Origin: an uncultured Collinsella sp.
Lineage (GTDB): Bacteria; Actinomycetota; Coriobacteriia; Coriobacteriales; Coriobacteriaceae
Direction: 5' to 3'
NCBI GenBank assembly: GCA_902492235.1
Contig: CABUKS010000006.1
Location: 5,620 to 69,619 of the forward strand
DNA length: 64,000 bases
Below the pieces are notes generated by a model, which saw only the letters and a program-made list of their open reading frames with translations, made no database searches and was not told where the DNA came from. Positions within the stretch are counted from its first letter, which is position 1. Each line of letters begins with the position of its first letter. Positions 29,031-38,938 of this stretch are shown here, one piece after another. The position numbers and the translations under genes were made by a program.

Positions 29031-30400
29031 TAGCGCGGCTCGCCCACAACGGAGCCGGACAAATACCAGGTCTTGGCAACGTCAACGTCAATATCAACGA
29101 TCTTGCCAACAAGCTGATCGATGCTGTAACCCTCGGGGATAGGCGCATGCACGGTCTGATTCTTGGGACTCTTGCCCAGCAGGACCGCATCGTTCTTCTT
29201 GCTCGTGCCCTCAATGAGCGCCGGCACCACAGTATGAAGCTCACCCTGGTTATACTCATGTGCCGTGGTCTCGATAACCTTAACCAGGCGGTTGAAACGC
29301 TCGAGAATAACCTCATGCGGCGTAGGATCGTCAATCTCGGCGGCCGGGGTACCGGCGCGCTTGGAATAGATGAAGGTATAGGCCTGAGCATAGCGGACCG
29401 TCTCGGCAAGTGAGAGCGTCTGCTCAAAGTCTTCTTCAGTCTCGCCCGGAAAGCCAACGATAATGTCAGTCGAGAGCGCGATATCGGGCATGCGATTGCG
29501 GATGCGATCGACCAGGCCCAGATAGTCCTCGCGTGTATAACGGCGATTCATCTCTTTGAGGATCCGTGTCGAACCTGACTGGACGGCCAGGTGCAGCTGC
29601 GGCATAACGGCAGGCGTCTCGGCCATGGCGTCGATGGTCTCGGGGAGAAGATCCTTGGGATGCGAAGACGTAAAGAAGATGCGCTCCACACCCCTATCGC
29701 CCACGGCACGCAGCAGATCGGCAAAACGCGGCTTGCCAAACAGATCGCGACCATATGAGTTAACGTTTTGGCCCAGCAGCGTAATCTCACGCACGCCCTG
29801 GCGCACCAAACCGGTCACCTCGTCGACAATCTCCTCGAAGGGGCGGCTCTTTTCGCGACCGCGCACGTACGGCACGATGCAATAGGTGCAGAAATTATTG
29901 CAGCCCGTCATGATGGGCACCCAAGCGTGATACTGGGTCTCGCGATGCCACGGCATGCTCATGGCATCCGTATCCTCATGCTCATTGGTGCGGATATGAC
30001 GCTTGCCGTCAAGGAACGCCTCGGCAATGAGCTCGGCCACATGTGCGATAGAATGCGTGCCAAAGATGACATTGACGTTATCGACGTTGGTGAGCAGGCC
30101 CTCGCCATCACGCTGCGCAATGCAGCCGCCCACGGCAACCACACGCTTGCCCGAAGGCGAAGGCGGCAGGCTTTTGCAGGAATTGCACTGACCGTACAGG
30201 CGAGTATCGGCGGCCTCACGCACACAGCATGTCATGAAGACAACGATATCGGCATGCTCGGGATCGAGCGCCATGAGACAGCCATTCGAATCAAGCAGAC
30301 CGCTCACGCGCTCGGAATCGTGCTGATTCATCTGGCAGCCAAAAGTGCGGATAAAGTAGGTTTTACCGGCAAGAATATCGCGTACGGAACGCTGGTCCAT
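29030..30400 (-). CDS. miaB: tRNA methylthiotransferase MiaB
   Basis: TFGCQMN, GCNNFCTYC, C-terminal TRAM; start 30400 or 30406. Confidence 0.95.
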   Translation of the reverse strand: MDQRSVRDILAGKTYFIRTFGCQMNQHDSERVSGLLDSNGCLMALDPEHADIVVFMTCCVREAADTRLYGQCNSCKSLPPSPSGKRVVAVGGCIAQRDGEGLLTNVDNVNVIFGTHSIAHVAELIAEAFLDGKRHIRTNEHEDTDAMSMPWHRETQYHAWVPIMTGCNNFCTYCIVPYVRGREKSRPFEEIVDEVTGLVRQGVREITLLGQNVNSYGRDLFGKPRFADLLRAVGDRGVERIFFTSSHPKDLLPETIDAMAETPAVMPQLHLAVQSGSTRILKEMNRRYTREDYLGLVDRIRNRMPDIALSTDIIVGFPGETEEDFEQTLSLAETVRYAQAYTFIYSKRAGTPAAEIDDPTPHEVILERFNRLVKVIETTAHEYNQGELHTVVPALIEGTSKKNDAVLLGKSPKNQTVHAPIPEGYSIDQLVGKIVDIDVDVAKTWYLSGSVVGEPR

Positions 30401-30449
30401 GTGCATAAGTCCTAACGATGGAAGGGAGGCGAATCGAGGCAAGCAGAAG

Positions 30450-30767
30450 CTATGCCACAGGCTTAACATCATCCATGACGACGTTATCCTTAGCAGCTCG
30501 ATTGATCTGGTGAACGTAGATAGAAAGGCGGATGGCCGTGCGCGACTCCCCGTTAATGAGGATGTCGGAGAACACGGGCGCGCAGGAAATATCAAAACCG
30601 GTTGGAATCAAAAAACCGCGCGCGATAGCCACGGCCTTAATGGCCTGGTTGACAGCACCAGCGCCGACACACTGGATGTTGACGGGTACACCATCCTTGA
30701 CCATGCCGGCGATGGCGCCGGCAACGGACGCGGGCGATGATTTGCTTGATACCTTCAGGCAATCCAT
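30450..30767 (-). CDS. spoVS: SpoVS family protein
   Basis: LKVSSKS.P.SVAGAIA, GAGAVNQAIKAVAIARGF. Confidence 0.93.
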   Translation of the reverse strand: MDCLKVSSKSSPASVAGAIAGMVKDGVPVNIQCVGAGAVNQAIKAVAIARGFLIPTGFDISCAPVFSDILINGESRTAIRLSIYVHQINRAAKDNVVMDDVKPVA

Positions 30768-30841
30768 GAAGAAACTCCTGCGTTTAAAAGTACGTTTTAA
30801 CTGCAATAACTGTATCGTACCGAGCGGACTCGGTAAAGGCA

Positions 30842-31927
30842 CTATTCCTCTTTGGCAAGATCGAAGGTCACAGTGATTCGATCACGCGAAACACGAATCT
30901 TTGGGTCGCCGCAAAGGTTGAGATAGTACCGGGCGGCAAGGTCATTAAAGTCGCGCTCCACAGCACGCGAAAACTGTGCCATGTCATCCTTGGCAATACG
31001 TAGCCCGCGACGATCCTTCGCGAGATCGACAGGAGCCGGCGAATGCGAGGACGAATCACGCTCGCGCAGCAGACGCGCAGTCACACCGCGAACGGGCTTA
31101 ATCTGCCCTGCCAAAATGCGATGTGCCGTGCGCTCGGACATCTCAAGACCCAAACCCGAGCAGATACGGATAAAGTCCTCGGCATCAGAGGCAAGGCCTA
31201 AACGATCGACAACCGGAAGCTCACTCTCGTCATCAATGAACAGGAGACGCGACGTATCGAGCCGACTTGACGCCTGAGCATAAAGGGTCGCGGCAATCTC
31301 AGACGGAGAACCAAGATAGACATCGCAACCACGCAACTCCTCGAGCGCAAACTCACAAGCAGCGCGAATAATATTATGCGGGCCGCGAGCACAGACATAA
31401 CGTCCGTCCTCATCCTTGACGGCCTGGGGCCAGCTGGACTGATCGGCACGCTCACTGAGGCGGTCGGCCGCAACGCTCACCTTAAAGGCCGAGCCAAGGT
31501 CGACACCAGACGTGACCACACGGGCCTCATCGGTGTTCTGCTTGATCGAAAACAATGCCATGCCACGACCGTGAACGCCCCAACTGTCCATCTTCATGCT
31601 CTCGAGCTTGGAGGTAACGCGGGCATCGAAGATTCGCTCTTGCATATCCTGCGGAACGCCCGAACCGTTATCCAGAAAGACAAGCGTGCGGATGCCATCT
31701 TCCTTGGTCGTGGCGAGATAGACCTTGTCGGCGCCGGCATCGCGAGCATTACGGAGCATTTCGATGACGATATCCTCGACATGCTGAATGTCGTGCTTTG
31801 CCTGGCGCCGCTCGGCCTCCGAAACGCGGAGGCGGACATACCCTTCGCCAAGGTTCTCCTCGACGCGAAGGTTGCCTTCCCCCGACATCGACGCGATAAA
31901 TGAGATGAGCTCGTTCGCGTCGCTCAT
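30842..31927 (-). CDS. Uncharacterised GHKL (HATPase_c) ATPase
   Basis: EMLRNARDAGA, DNGSG, TSK, HGRGMALFSI, GSAFKV. Confidence 0.8.
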   Translation of the reverse strand: MSDANELISFIASMSGEGNLRVEENLGEGYVRLRVSEAERRQAKHDIQHVEDIVIEMLRNARDAGADKVYLATTKEDGIRTLVFLDNGSGVPQDMQERIFDARVTSKLESMKMDSWGVHGRGMALFSIKQNTDEARVVTSGVDLGSAFKVSVAADRLSERADQSSWPQAVKDEDGRYVCARGPHNIIRAACEFALEELRGCDVYLGSPSEIAATLYAQASSRLDTSRLLFIDDESELPVVDRLGLASDAEDFIRICSGLGLEMSERTAHRILAGQIKPVRGVTARLLRERDSSSHSPAPVDLAKDRRGLRIAKDDMAQFSRAVERDFNDLAARYYLNLCGDPKIRVSRDRITVTFDLAKEE

Positions 31928-31928
31928 G

Positions 31929-33485
31929 TTATTTAGCGATATCGACAGCGCGGCTCTCGCGAATCACGACGACGCGCACCTGACCGGGATACTCCATCTC
32001 TTCCTCGATCTGATGGGCGATATCGTGAGCCAGGACCGTGGACTGGGCATCGGAGATCTTGTCCGGCTGAACCATGACGTGGACCTCGCGACCAGCCTGC
32101 ATGGCATAGGTACGCTCGACGCCTTCATGGGAGTTGGCGATCTCCTCGAGCTTCTCAAGACGCTTGATGTAGTTCTCGGCAGACTCGCGACGGGCACCGG
32201 GGCGAGAGGCAGAGACAGCATCGGCGGCCTGTACCAGGACATCGAGCACCGTGTTGGGGTCGACGTCGGCATGGTGAGCCTCGATAGCGTGGACGATAAC
32301 GGGCTTCTCGCCATAACGGCGGGCAAGCTCGGCGCCGATGACGGCATGCGGGCCCTCGACGTCATGGTCGATTGCCTTGCCCAGGTCGTGCAGCAGGCCG
32401 GCGCGCTTGGCGGTCACAACGTCCAGGCCAAGCTCGGAAGCCATCACGCCGCACAGGTCAGAGACTTCGAGGGAGTGCTGAAGCACGTTCTGACCAAACG
32501 AGGTACGGTAGCGCAGGGCACCAAGGGTCTTGACGATCTCGGGGTGCAGGTCGTGGATGCCGGTATCGAAGGCAGCCTGCTCGCCAGCCTCGCGCACACG
32601 CTGCTGAACCAGGTCGGCAGCCTTGTGATACATCTCCTCGATGCGGGCAGGGTGAATGCGGCCGTCGGCGATGAGGTTCTCGAGGGCGACACGGGCGGTC
32701 TCACGACGGACCGGGTCGAAGCTCGAAAGAACGACTGTCTCTGGCGTGTCGTCGATCACGAGGTTGACGCCGGAAACCTGCTCGAAGGTCCGGATGTTGC
32801 GACCCTCGCGACCGATGATACGTCCCTTGAGGTCATCAGAGGGAATGTGCACGGAGGTAACGGTGACCTCGGCTGTGTGGTCGGCAGCGCAGCGCTGAAT
32901 CGCCAGGGACAGAATCTCCTGGGCGGTCTTGTGGCACTCGGCGCGAACCTGCTGCTCGGACTCGCGAATGATCGTGGCGGCCTCGTGGGTGACCTCGCCG
33001 CGAACCTTATCGAGGAGCTCCTTGTGGGCGTCCTCGCGGGTAAGGTCGGCGATTCGCTCGAGCTCGGAGGTCTGCTTTGCGCAGAGATCCTCGAGCTCGC
33101 GGGAGCGCTTCTCGACCTGACCGGCCTGGCTGGACAGCTGATGCTCGCGCTTGTCGAGAGCGTCGTTGCGGCGATCGAGAGATTCCTCGCGCTGCATCAC
33201 GCGGTTCTCGAGCGTACGAATCTCGTTCTTACGCTGCTTGTCCTCGGCCTCGGCGGCCTGCTTGTTTTTGATGATTTCCTCTTTAGCCTCGAGCAGAGCC
33301 TCTTTTTTGAGAGTCTCGGCCTGACGCTTAGCATCACCGATCAGGGACTCAGCCTGTGCGTGTGCCGACTGGATCTTTTCGTCGGCCTCGTGAAGACTAC
33401 CCTGCTTGGCGGTGCGCATGTAGGCAATTGCGGCGATGGCACCCAAAACGATGCCAACGAGCGCTGCGATGATAGGCATGCTCAC
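31929..33485 (-). CDS. rny: Ribonuclease Y
   Basis: N-terminal TM, coiled coil, KH ([13 protein letters not shown]), HD (LLHDLGK). Confidence 0.97.
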   Translation of the reverse strand: MSMPIIAALVGIVLGAIAAIAYMRTAKQGSLHEADEKIQSAHAQAESLIGDAKRQAETLKKEALLEAKEEIIKNKQAAEAEDKQRKNEIRTLENRVMQREESLDRRNDALDKREHQLSSQAGQVEKRSRELEDLCAKQTSELERIADLTREDAHKELLDKVRGEVTHEAATIIRESEQQVRAECHKTAQEILSLAIQRCAADHTAEVTVTSVHIPSDDLKGRIIGREGRNIRTFEQVSGVNLVIDDTPETVVLSSFDPVRRETARVALENLIADGRIHPARIEEMYHKAADLVQQRVREAGEQAAFDTGIHDLHPEIVKTLGALRYRTSFGQNVLQHSLEVSDLCGVMASELGLDVVTAKRAGLLHDLGKAIDHDVEGPHAVIGAELARRYGEKPVIVHAIEAHHADVDPNTVLDVLVQAADAVSASRPGARRESAENYIKRLEKLEEIANSHEGVERTYAMQAGREVHVMVQPDKISDAQSTVLAHDIAHQIEEEMEYPGQVRVVVIRESRAVDIAK

Positions 33486-33645
33486 TCCTTTTTATGGATT
33501 CGTTACACAACAAAGCGAACCGTCCTTACGAACGGCTCGCGACATTTGAGTAATATGGGCGCAGCTTATGCGGGTCGGATACAGATAAACATATAAACAA
33601 ACTCATCACAGATGAGCACATATCACAAAGCAAATGACAGTGTTT

Positions 33646-33674
33646 ATCGTACGTTGAACCACAACAACTGTCAA
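33646..33674 (-). promoter_or_regulatory. sigma-A promoter of rny
   Basis: TTGACA-N17-TACGAT on the minus strand. Confidence 0.85.
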
Positions 33675-33736
33675 ATAAATGGCCCCGGCACGGCGGCTAA
33701 AACGCGGTGAACGGCAGGGCCACAAAACGCATACGC

Positions 33737-34429
33737 CTAAACCGCACATTCCTCGCGTTCGGCATCGAGACGTGCCTTAACGGCATCGGCGGCGATGTGA
33801 TACGAGAAGCCCTTGCCCATCAAAAACCGAACCAGTTTTTCGAATCCGCGCGTCTCTGGAACACGCCGCTTGGCGAGCAGGGCTGACGCACGCGCCAAAT
33901 CGTCTTCAACGGCAAAATAATCCTCGGGATAACCGGGAATGTCATCGAGCACGACATGACGGCGCTTGAGCTCGGTCTCGATTTTGCGCTGTCCCCAACC
34001 GCGCCGCTTGCGCTCCTCGATAAAGTACGAGCAAAAGCGGTTCTCGTCTAAAAAGTGATACTCGGTGGCGCGCTCGACGGCGAAATCGATCGCGGGCTGG
34101 TGAAAGCCGTAGCGAGCCAGCTTGTCACGGACCTCACCCGTCGCATGGTCGCGGCGCGATAGCATCTCGGTCACCATGGTAAGTGCACATTTACGCTCGA
34201 TGAGCTGCACCGCCTCACGAAAGTTGTCCCAATCACAGGGAAGATCGGGGCGGTTTTTGACATACAGCCGCGCGACCCGCACGGGAATCCAAATGGACCG
34301 CTCAAAACCGCCCTCAAGCTCACAATCGATATGTGCGCAAGGCTTTTTGGACGCATACCCGCTCGAGAACGAGGAAGCCGCCTTCTTATCGGGAAAGACG
34401 GCCGTGGCCTCGGTCACCGTATACGACAT
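33737..34429 (-). CDS. recX: Regulatory protein RecX
   Basis: LSRRDH..E...KL, LDENRF, WGQRKI..EL, L..KGF; directly downstream of recA. Confidence 0.88.
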   Translation of the reverse strand: MSYTVTEATAVFPDKKAASSFSSGYASKKPCAHIDCELEGGFERSIWIPVRVARLYVKNRPDLPCDWDNFREAVQLIERKCALTMVTEMLSRRDHATGEVRDKLARYGFHQPAIDFAVERATEYHFLDENRFCSYFIEERKRRGWGQRKIETELKRRHVVLDDIPGYPEDYFAVEDDLARASALLAKRRVPETRGFEKLVRFLMGKGFSYHIAADAVKARLDAEREECAV

Positions 34430-34440
34430 GAGCGTAACCG

Positions 34441-35589
34441 CTACTCGTCGTCATCATCGAGCATGGCGGAACCATCGATGGCGTAAAGCTCGTCAAACTC
34501 CTCAGGCGCAGGCTGATCGGTCAGCTCGACCTCGGACGGAGCATCGTCATCAAACTCAAGTCCGCAGGCAAGGCGGACCTTATGCTCAATCTCGTCGGCG
34601 CAATCGGGGTGTTCGCGCAGGAAAGCCTTGGCGGCCTCTCGACCGTTGCCGAGCTTGTCCTCGCCATAGGCAAACCAGGAGCCCATCTTCTTGCAGATGC
34701 CGCACTCGACAGCCATGTCCAGAATTGAGCCCTCCTTAGAGATGCCCGTACCGTACATGATGTCGAACTCAGCAGAACGGAACGGAGCTGCCACCTTGTT
34801 CTTAACGACCTTGGCGCGCACGCGGTTACCGATAACCTCGTCCTTAAGCTTAATGCTGTCGATACGGCGAATGTCGATACGCACCGAAGAGAAGAACTTA
34901 AGGGCGCGGCCGCCCGTCGTAGTCTCGGGGTTGCCGAACATGACGCCGATCTTCTCACGCAGCTGGTTAATGAAGATGCACGTCGTGTTGGACTTGGACA
35001 GCGAGCCGGCGAGCTTGCGGAGCGCCTGGCTCATCAGGCGAGCCTGAAGACCGACCGTAGTATCGCCGATTTCTCCCTCGATCTCGGCACGCGGGGTCAG
35101 CGCGGCGACGGAGTCGACGACGATGGCATCGATGGCGCCGGAACGCACGAGCATGTCAACAATCTCGAGCGCCTGCTCGCCCGTATCGGGCTGGGAAATG
35201 AGGACCTCATCGATGTCCACGCCGATACGCGCGGCATACGTGGGATCGAGCGCGTGCTCGGCATCGATAAATGCCACGACGCCACCCATAGCCTGGGCCT
35301 CTGCCAAAATCTCGAGCGAAAGCGTTGTCTTACCGGAGGACTCGGGACCGTAAATCTCGACGATACGGCCGCGCGGCACGCCGCCGATGCCCAGAGCGGC
35401 ATCGAGGGCCAGGGCACCCGTGGGAATGGCCTCGACCTCGAGCTCGGGACCACCGTCGCCGTACCTCATGATGGAACCCTGGCCGAATTTCTTCTCGATC
35501 TCGGCCTTGGTGGTGGCGATCATCTCATCGCGCTCTTTACCCGTCGTGCGAGCATGAACGGTACGTACGGGACCTGAATTCTTGGCCAT
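34441..35589 (-). CDS. recA: Recombinase RecA
   Basis: [28 protein letters not shown]. Confidence 0.99.
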   Translation of the reverse strand: MAKNSGPVRTVHARTTGKERDEMIATTKAEIEKKFGQGSIMRYGDGGPELEVEAIPTGALALDAALGIGGVPRGRIVEIYGPESSGKTTLSLEILAEAQAMGGVVAFIDAEHALDPTYAARIGVDIDEVLISQPDTGEQALEIVDMLVRSGAIDAIVVDSVAALTPRAEIEGEIGDTTVGLQARLMSQALRKLAGSLSKSNTTCIFINQLREKIGVMFGNPETTTGGRALKFFSSVRIDIRRIDSIKLKDEVIGNRVRAKVVKNKVAAPFRSAEFDIMYGTGISKEGSILDMAVECGICKKMGSWFAYGEDKLGNGREAAKAFLREHPDCADEIEHKVRLACGLEFDDDAPSEVELTDQPAPEEFDELYAIDGSAMLDDDDE

Positions 35590-35627
35590 GAATAGCCCTC
35601 CTCTTAACAACCTGCATCGATAATAAA

Positions 35628-35641
35628 CGAACGGCTGTTCG
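35628..35641. promoter_or_regulatory. LexA box of recA
   Basis: CGAAC-GGCT-GTTCG. Confidence 0.9.
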
Positions 35642-35846
35642 TGGTCAACCGTTCAGATATATCATATGCAGCCGACCTTTCCAAAACCCAACCAAACGCC
35701 GACCAAACACTGACCAAAAACTTGACCGCAGACGCGCCAAGCAAGGCAAGACAAACATGAATACGCCAACTACCTGCACAAAGAGCAAATTCGCCAGAGG
35801 TCCCTATCTCCACAAGTAAGGGGCCCGGAGGCCCCTTAAAACATGT

Positions 35847-36383
35847 CTATTCCATAGAATCGAGCACGTAGACAATGCGACCCAGTGCCTCAGCGACCGC
35901 ATGGGCACGGACGCATGAACGATCGCCCTCATAGTGACAACGAATAGAGTCCACGACCGGCGCTCCCCCATCGGCCGAGCGATACGCCCAGCCAATATAA
36001 AAGGTTCCAGCCGGATCGTCCTCGGTGCCTCCACCGGGGCCGGCATAGCCCGTCGCGCTCACGGCAATATCGCTCTGGTACAGCTCCAGCGAACCGGCAG
36101 CCATCTCGCGCGCCGTCTGATACGACACCGCGGTATAGCGGTCGAGCGTCTCTTGCTCAACGCCGAGCACGCGATGCTTAATCTCGTCGCAGTACGTCAC
36201 CGCACCGCCACGAAGCACTGCCGAGGCGCCAGGGATATCGGCAATCGTCGAGGCGATCATGCCCGCTGTCAGAGATTCAGCCGTTGATACCGTCACACCA
36301 CGAACGCTTGCACGCTCGACAATATCGCGTGCAAGATCTTCATTGTGCGCGGAAATCTGCTCAAAAGAGTCCGTCATACCCAC
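35847..36383 (-). CDS. cinA: CinA C-terminal domain protein (NMN deamidase PncC-like)
   Basis: AESLTAG, PGAS, ATGYAGPGG; between pgsA and recA. Confidence 0.88.
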   Translation of the reverse strand: MGMTDSFEQISAHNEDLARDIVERASVRGVTVSTAESLTAGMIASTIADIPGASAVLRGGAVTYCDEIKHRVLGVEQETLDRYTAVSYQTAREMAAGSLELYQSDIAVSATGYAGPGGGTEDDPAGTFYIGWAYRSADGGAPVVDSIRCHYEGDRSCVRAHAVAEALGRIVYVLDSME

Positions 36384-36389
36384 CAGGAC

Positions 36390-37028
36390 CTAGACCGAAA
36401 AGACGATCTTGCGGCAGTTCCAGAAGTACTGGGCGCCCGAGATAACGGTCAGGACAACGGCAACGGCGTACAGGAAGCGCGACACCGAGTAGATGCCGAG
36501 CGTCAGCGCCACCGGGCCAAGGTGCAAGCCGGCCATAGCAAAAACGCACAGGTAACCGCAAATGGAGACCATCGTGGTTGCCGTCTTGTACTTGCCGAGC
36601 TTATCGGCCGCAACGACCACACCGGCCGCACTCGCAACCATGCGAAGGGCGCTCACCAGCAGCTCACGGAACAGGATAATGAACACGGACCACACGGTCA
36701 CCGCGCCAAAATCCAAGAACAGCAGCAGGGCCGAAAACACGAGCAGCTTATCGGCGATGGGGTCCAAGAATTTACCGAAGTCGGTGATCTCGTTGCGCGA
36801 ACGCGCCAGATAACCGTCGACCTTATCGGTGCACGACAGGATCACATACAGAATGAAGGCAGCGGCGGCGAGCGGGCCGTCGAAGGTGCTCCAATCCGTA
36901 CCGGCAACACTCGTGTGAGAAAGCGCCGACACGATCATGAACACCGGGATAAAGACGATGCGAACGCACGTCACGATGTTGGCGGGCGTCCAGACACTCG
37001 TCAGTTCCTTATTGCTCTCGTTAGCCAC
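36390..37028 (-). CDS. pgsA: Phosphatidylglycerophosphate synthase
   Basis: DKVDGYLAR..FGKFLDPIADK; rimO-pgsA-cinA-recA synteny. Confidence 0.92.
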   Translation of the reverse strand: MANESNKELTSVWTPANIVTCVRIVFIPVFMIVSALSHTSVAGTDWSTFDGPLAAAAFILYVILSCTDKVDGYLARSRNEITDFGKFLDPIADKLLVFSALLLFLDFGAVTVWSVFIILFRELLVSALRMVASAAGVVVAADKLGKYKTATTMVSICGYLCVFAMAGLHLGPVALTLGIYSVSRFLYAVAVVLTVISGAQYFWNCRKIVFSV

Positions 37029-37037
37029 GACGCTCTC

Positions 37038-38387
37038 CTACTCCACAACATGACCGATAAGCTCGTAGCAGAAGCTATCGGTAAACTCGACGGTCAGAAT
37101 ATCGCCCACGGACGCCTCGCTGGCGTCCAGATGCACCGCGCCATCGGAATCGGGCGCCTGGAACCAGGCATGGCCGATCAGCTCGGCGCCATCCTCGGTC
37201 TCTTCGATACCGTCGACGATTACCTGGGCGCGCTCGCCCACATGTGCGGCGGTGGCGGCAAAACCGAGCGACTCGGCCAGGTCCATGGCCTCCTGGGCGC
37301 GCTCGAGCTTGACCTCTTCGTCGACCTGGCCCTCCATCTTAGCGGCCAGGCTGCCCTCCTCCTGCGAGTAGGCAAAGACACTCGTGTAGTCAAAGCCGAG
37401 GGTGTCCATAAAGTCGATAAGATCGCGGAACTCGTCGTCGGTCTCGGTCGGGAAGCCGACCATGGCCGTGGAACGAATCACGATGCCGGGGATGCGCTCG
37501 CGAAGGTCGCGGAACAGATCCTCGAGCTCCTGGCGCGAACCGGAGCGACGCATGGCCTTGAGAATGCGCGCGTCGCAGTGCTGCACGGGGATATCGATAT
37601 AGGGCAGCACCTCGGGCGTATCGCGAATCGTCTCGATGAGTTCGTCAGTCATGCCCTCGGGCTGCAGATAGAGCACGCGGACCCAGACGTTGTGCGGGCG
37701 CACGGCCTCGGCGACGGCACGCAGCAGCTGCGCCAGATTGCGCGGCGAGCCATCGGCGACGTCCTCGTCGGCAAAGTCGGTACCCCAGATGCCCGTGTCC
37801 TGGCCGATCAGCACGATCTCGCGCACACCGCCGGCAACCAGGTCGCGCACCTCGGAGATGATGCTCTCGGCATTGCGCGAATGATAGCGGCCACGGATGT
37901 AGGGAATCATGCAGAAGCTGCAGAAGCGGTTGCAGCCATCGGAAATCTTGACGTAGGCGACAGCACCCTCGACGGTACGTTTGACCTGCGGGATATAGGC
38001 TGCAATCTCACGCTCGACACCCAGCACGCCATCGATGACCGCCACGATGCCGTCTTCCTCGTCGGCCTTCACAAAGGCAGCGACCTCGGGCAGCTCGTCA
38101 GGCAGGTCATCGCCATAGCGCGACGGCACGCAGCCGCACATGACGATGGGGCAAGAACGAACGCCGTCCTGAACCTCGTTGGCGAGCTCGAGCGTGGTCT
38201 CGATGCTCTCGGACGTTGCGGAGGCGAGGAACGAGCAAGTATTGACGATGGCGATATCGGCATCCTGCGGGTCGAATGCCTCCTCGTAGCCCGCGGCGGT
38301 CAAAAGAGAACGCATGCGGTCGGTGTCAACCTCGTTCTTAGCGCACCCGAGGGTGATGTAGAGCACGGAGCCCAACGGTGTATCCAT
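37038..38387 (-). CDS. rimO: Ribosomal protein S12 methylthiotransferase
   Basis: LGCAKNEVD, KISDGCNRFCSFC, WVRVLYLQP, APDSDG. Confidence 0.95.
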   Translation of the reverse strand: MDTPLGSVLYITLGCAKNEVDTDRMRSLLTAAGYEEAFDPQDADIAIVNTCSFLASATSESIETTLELANEVQDGVRSCPIVMCGCVPSRYGDDLPDELPEVAAFVKADEEDGIVAVIDGVLGVEREIAAYIPQVKRTVEGAVAYVKISDGCNRFCSFCMIPYIRGRYHSRNAESIISEVRDLVAGGVREIVLIGQDTGIWGTDFADEDVADGSPRNLAQLLRAVAEAVRPHNVWVRVLYLQPEGMTDELIETIRDTPEVLPYIDIPVQHCDARILKAMRRSGSRQELEDLFRDLRERIPGIVIRSTAMVGFPTETDDEFRDLIDFMDTLGFDYTSVFAYSQEEGSLAAKMEGQVDEEVKLERAQEAMDLAESLGFAATAAHVGERAQVIVDGIEETEDGAELIGHAWFQAPDSDGAVHLDASEASVGDILTVEFTDSFCYELIGHVVE

Positions 38388-38414
38388 GTTGGAGAGCAGT
38401 CCTTTCGATTGATA

Positions 38415-38912
38415 TTAGCGGTAGTTGGTGAACTGCAGCGGCTGGCCGTAGTCCTGGTCGCGCAGGAACTGGATCACGGTCTGCAACGCGTCCTTCGAAA
38501 CAGAGGAAACACGCAGCTTGTCGGCCTCGATGGTCACCTTGACCTTGAGCTTTTGATCCTTGATGTCCTTGTTGATCTTCTTGGCGGTCGCCTGGTCGAT
38601 ACCCTCGACGATATGGCCGAGCACGCGCACGGTGCCGCCCGATGCCGCCTGCGGAGCATCCCACGAGACAGCCTTGAGGTCGATGCCGCGCTTGATGAGC
38701 TTGGAGCTCAGCACGTCGATAATCTGCTTGGAGACAAAGTCGGCCGGGGCGTTGATCGTAAAGAGCTTGTCGCCCTTCGAAAGCTCGATCGTGGCGCCGG
38801 AATCCTTAAGGTCATAGCGCTGGGAAATCTCGCGCGTGGTCTGCTGGAAGGCGTTGTCGACCTCTTGCATGTTGACCTCGGACACGACGTCGAAGCTGGA
38901 ATCTTTAGCCAT
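38415..38912 (-). CDS. yajQ: YajQ family nucleotide-binding protein
   Basis: SFDVVS.V..QEVDNA, RYDLK, PLQFTNYR. Confidence 0.95.
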   Translation of the reverse strand: MAKDSSFDVVSEVNMQEVDNAFQQTTREISQRYDLKDSGATIELSKGDKLFTINAPADFVSKQIIDVLSSKLIKRGIDLKAVSWDAPQAASGGTVRVLGHIVEGIDQATAKKINKDIKDQKLKVKVTIEADKLRVSSVSKDALQTVIQFLRDQDYGQPLQFTNYR

Positions 38913-38938
38913 GATGTTTCCTTTCGCGTACGAGCGGC

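Noticed and set aside
30842..31927. Calling the GHKL ATPase mutL or a sensor kinase
   Set aside because: Too short for MutL, no endonuclease motif or mutS neighbour, and no His-box or TM sensor.
35656..35677. PafBC/RecA-NDp-type promoter at recA
   Set aside because: GGTCGG-N10-TATATC misses both the TGTCGG and TAnnnT consensus.
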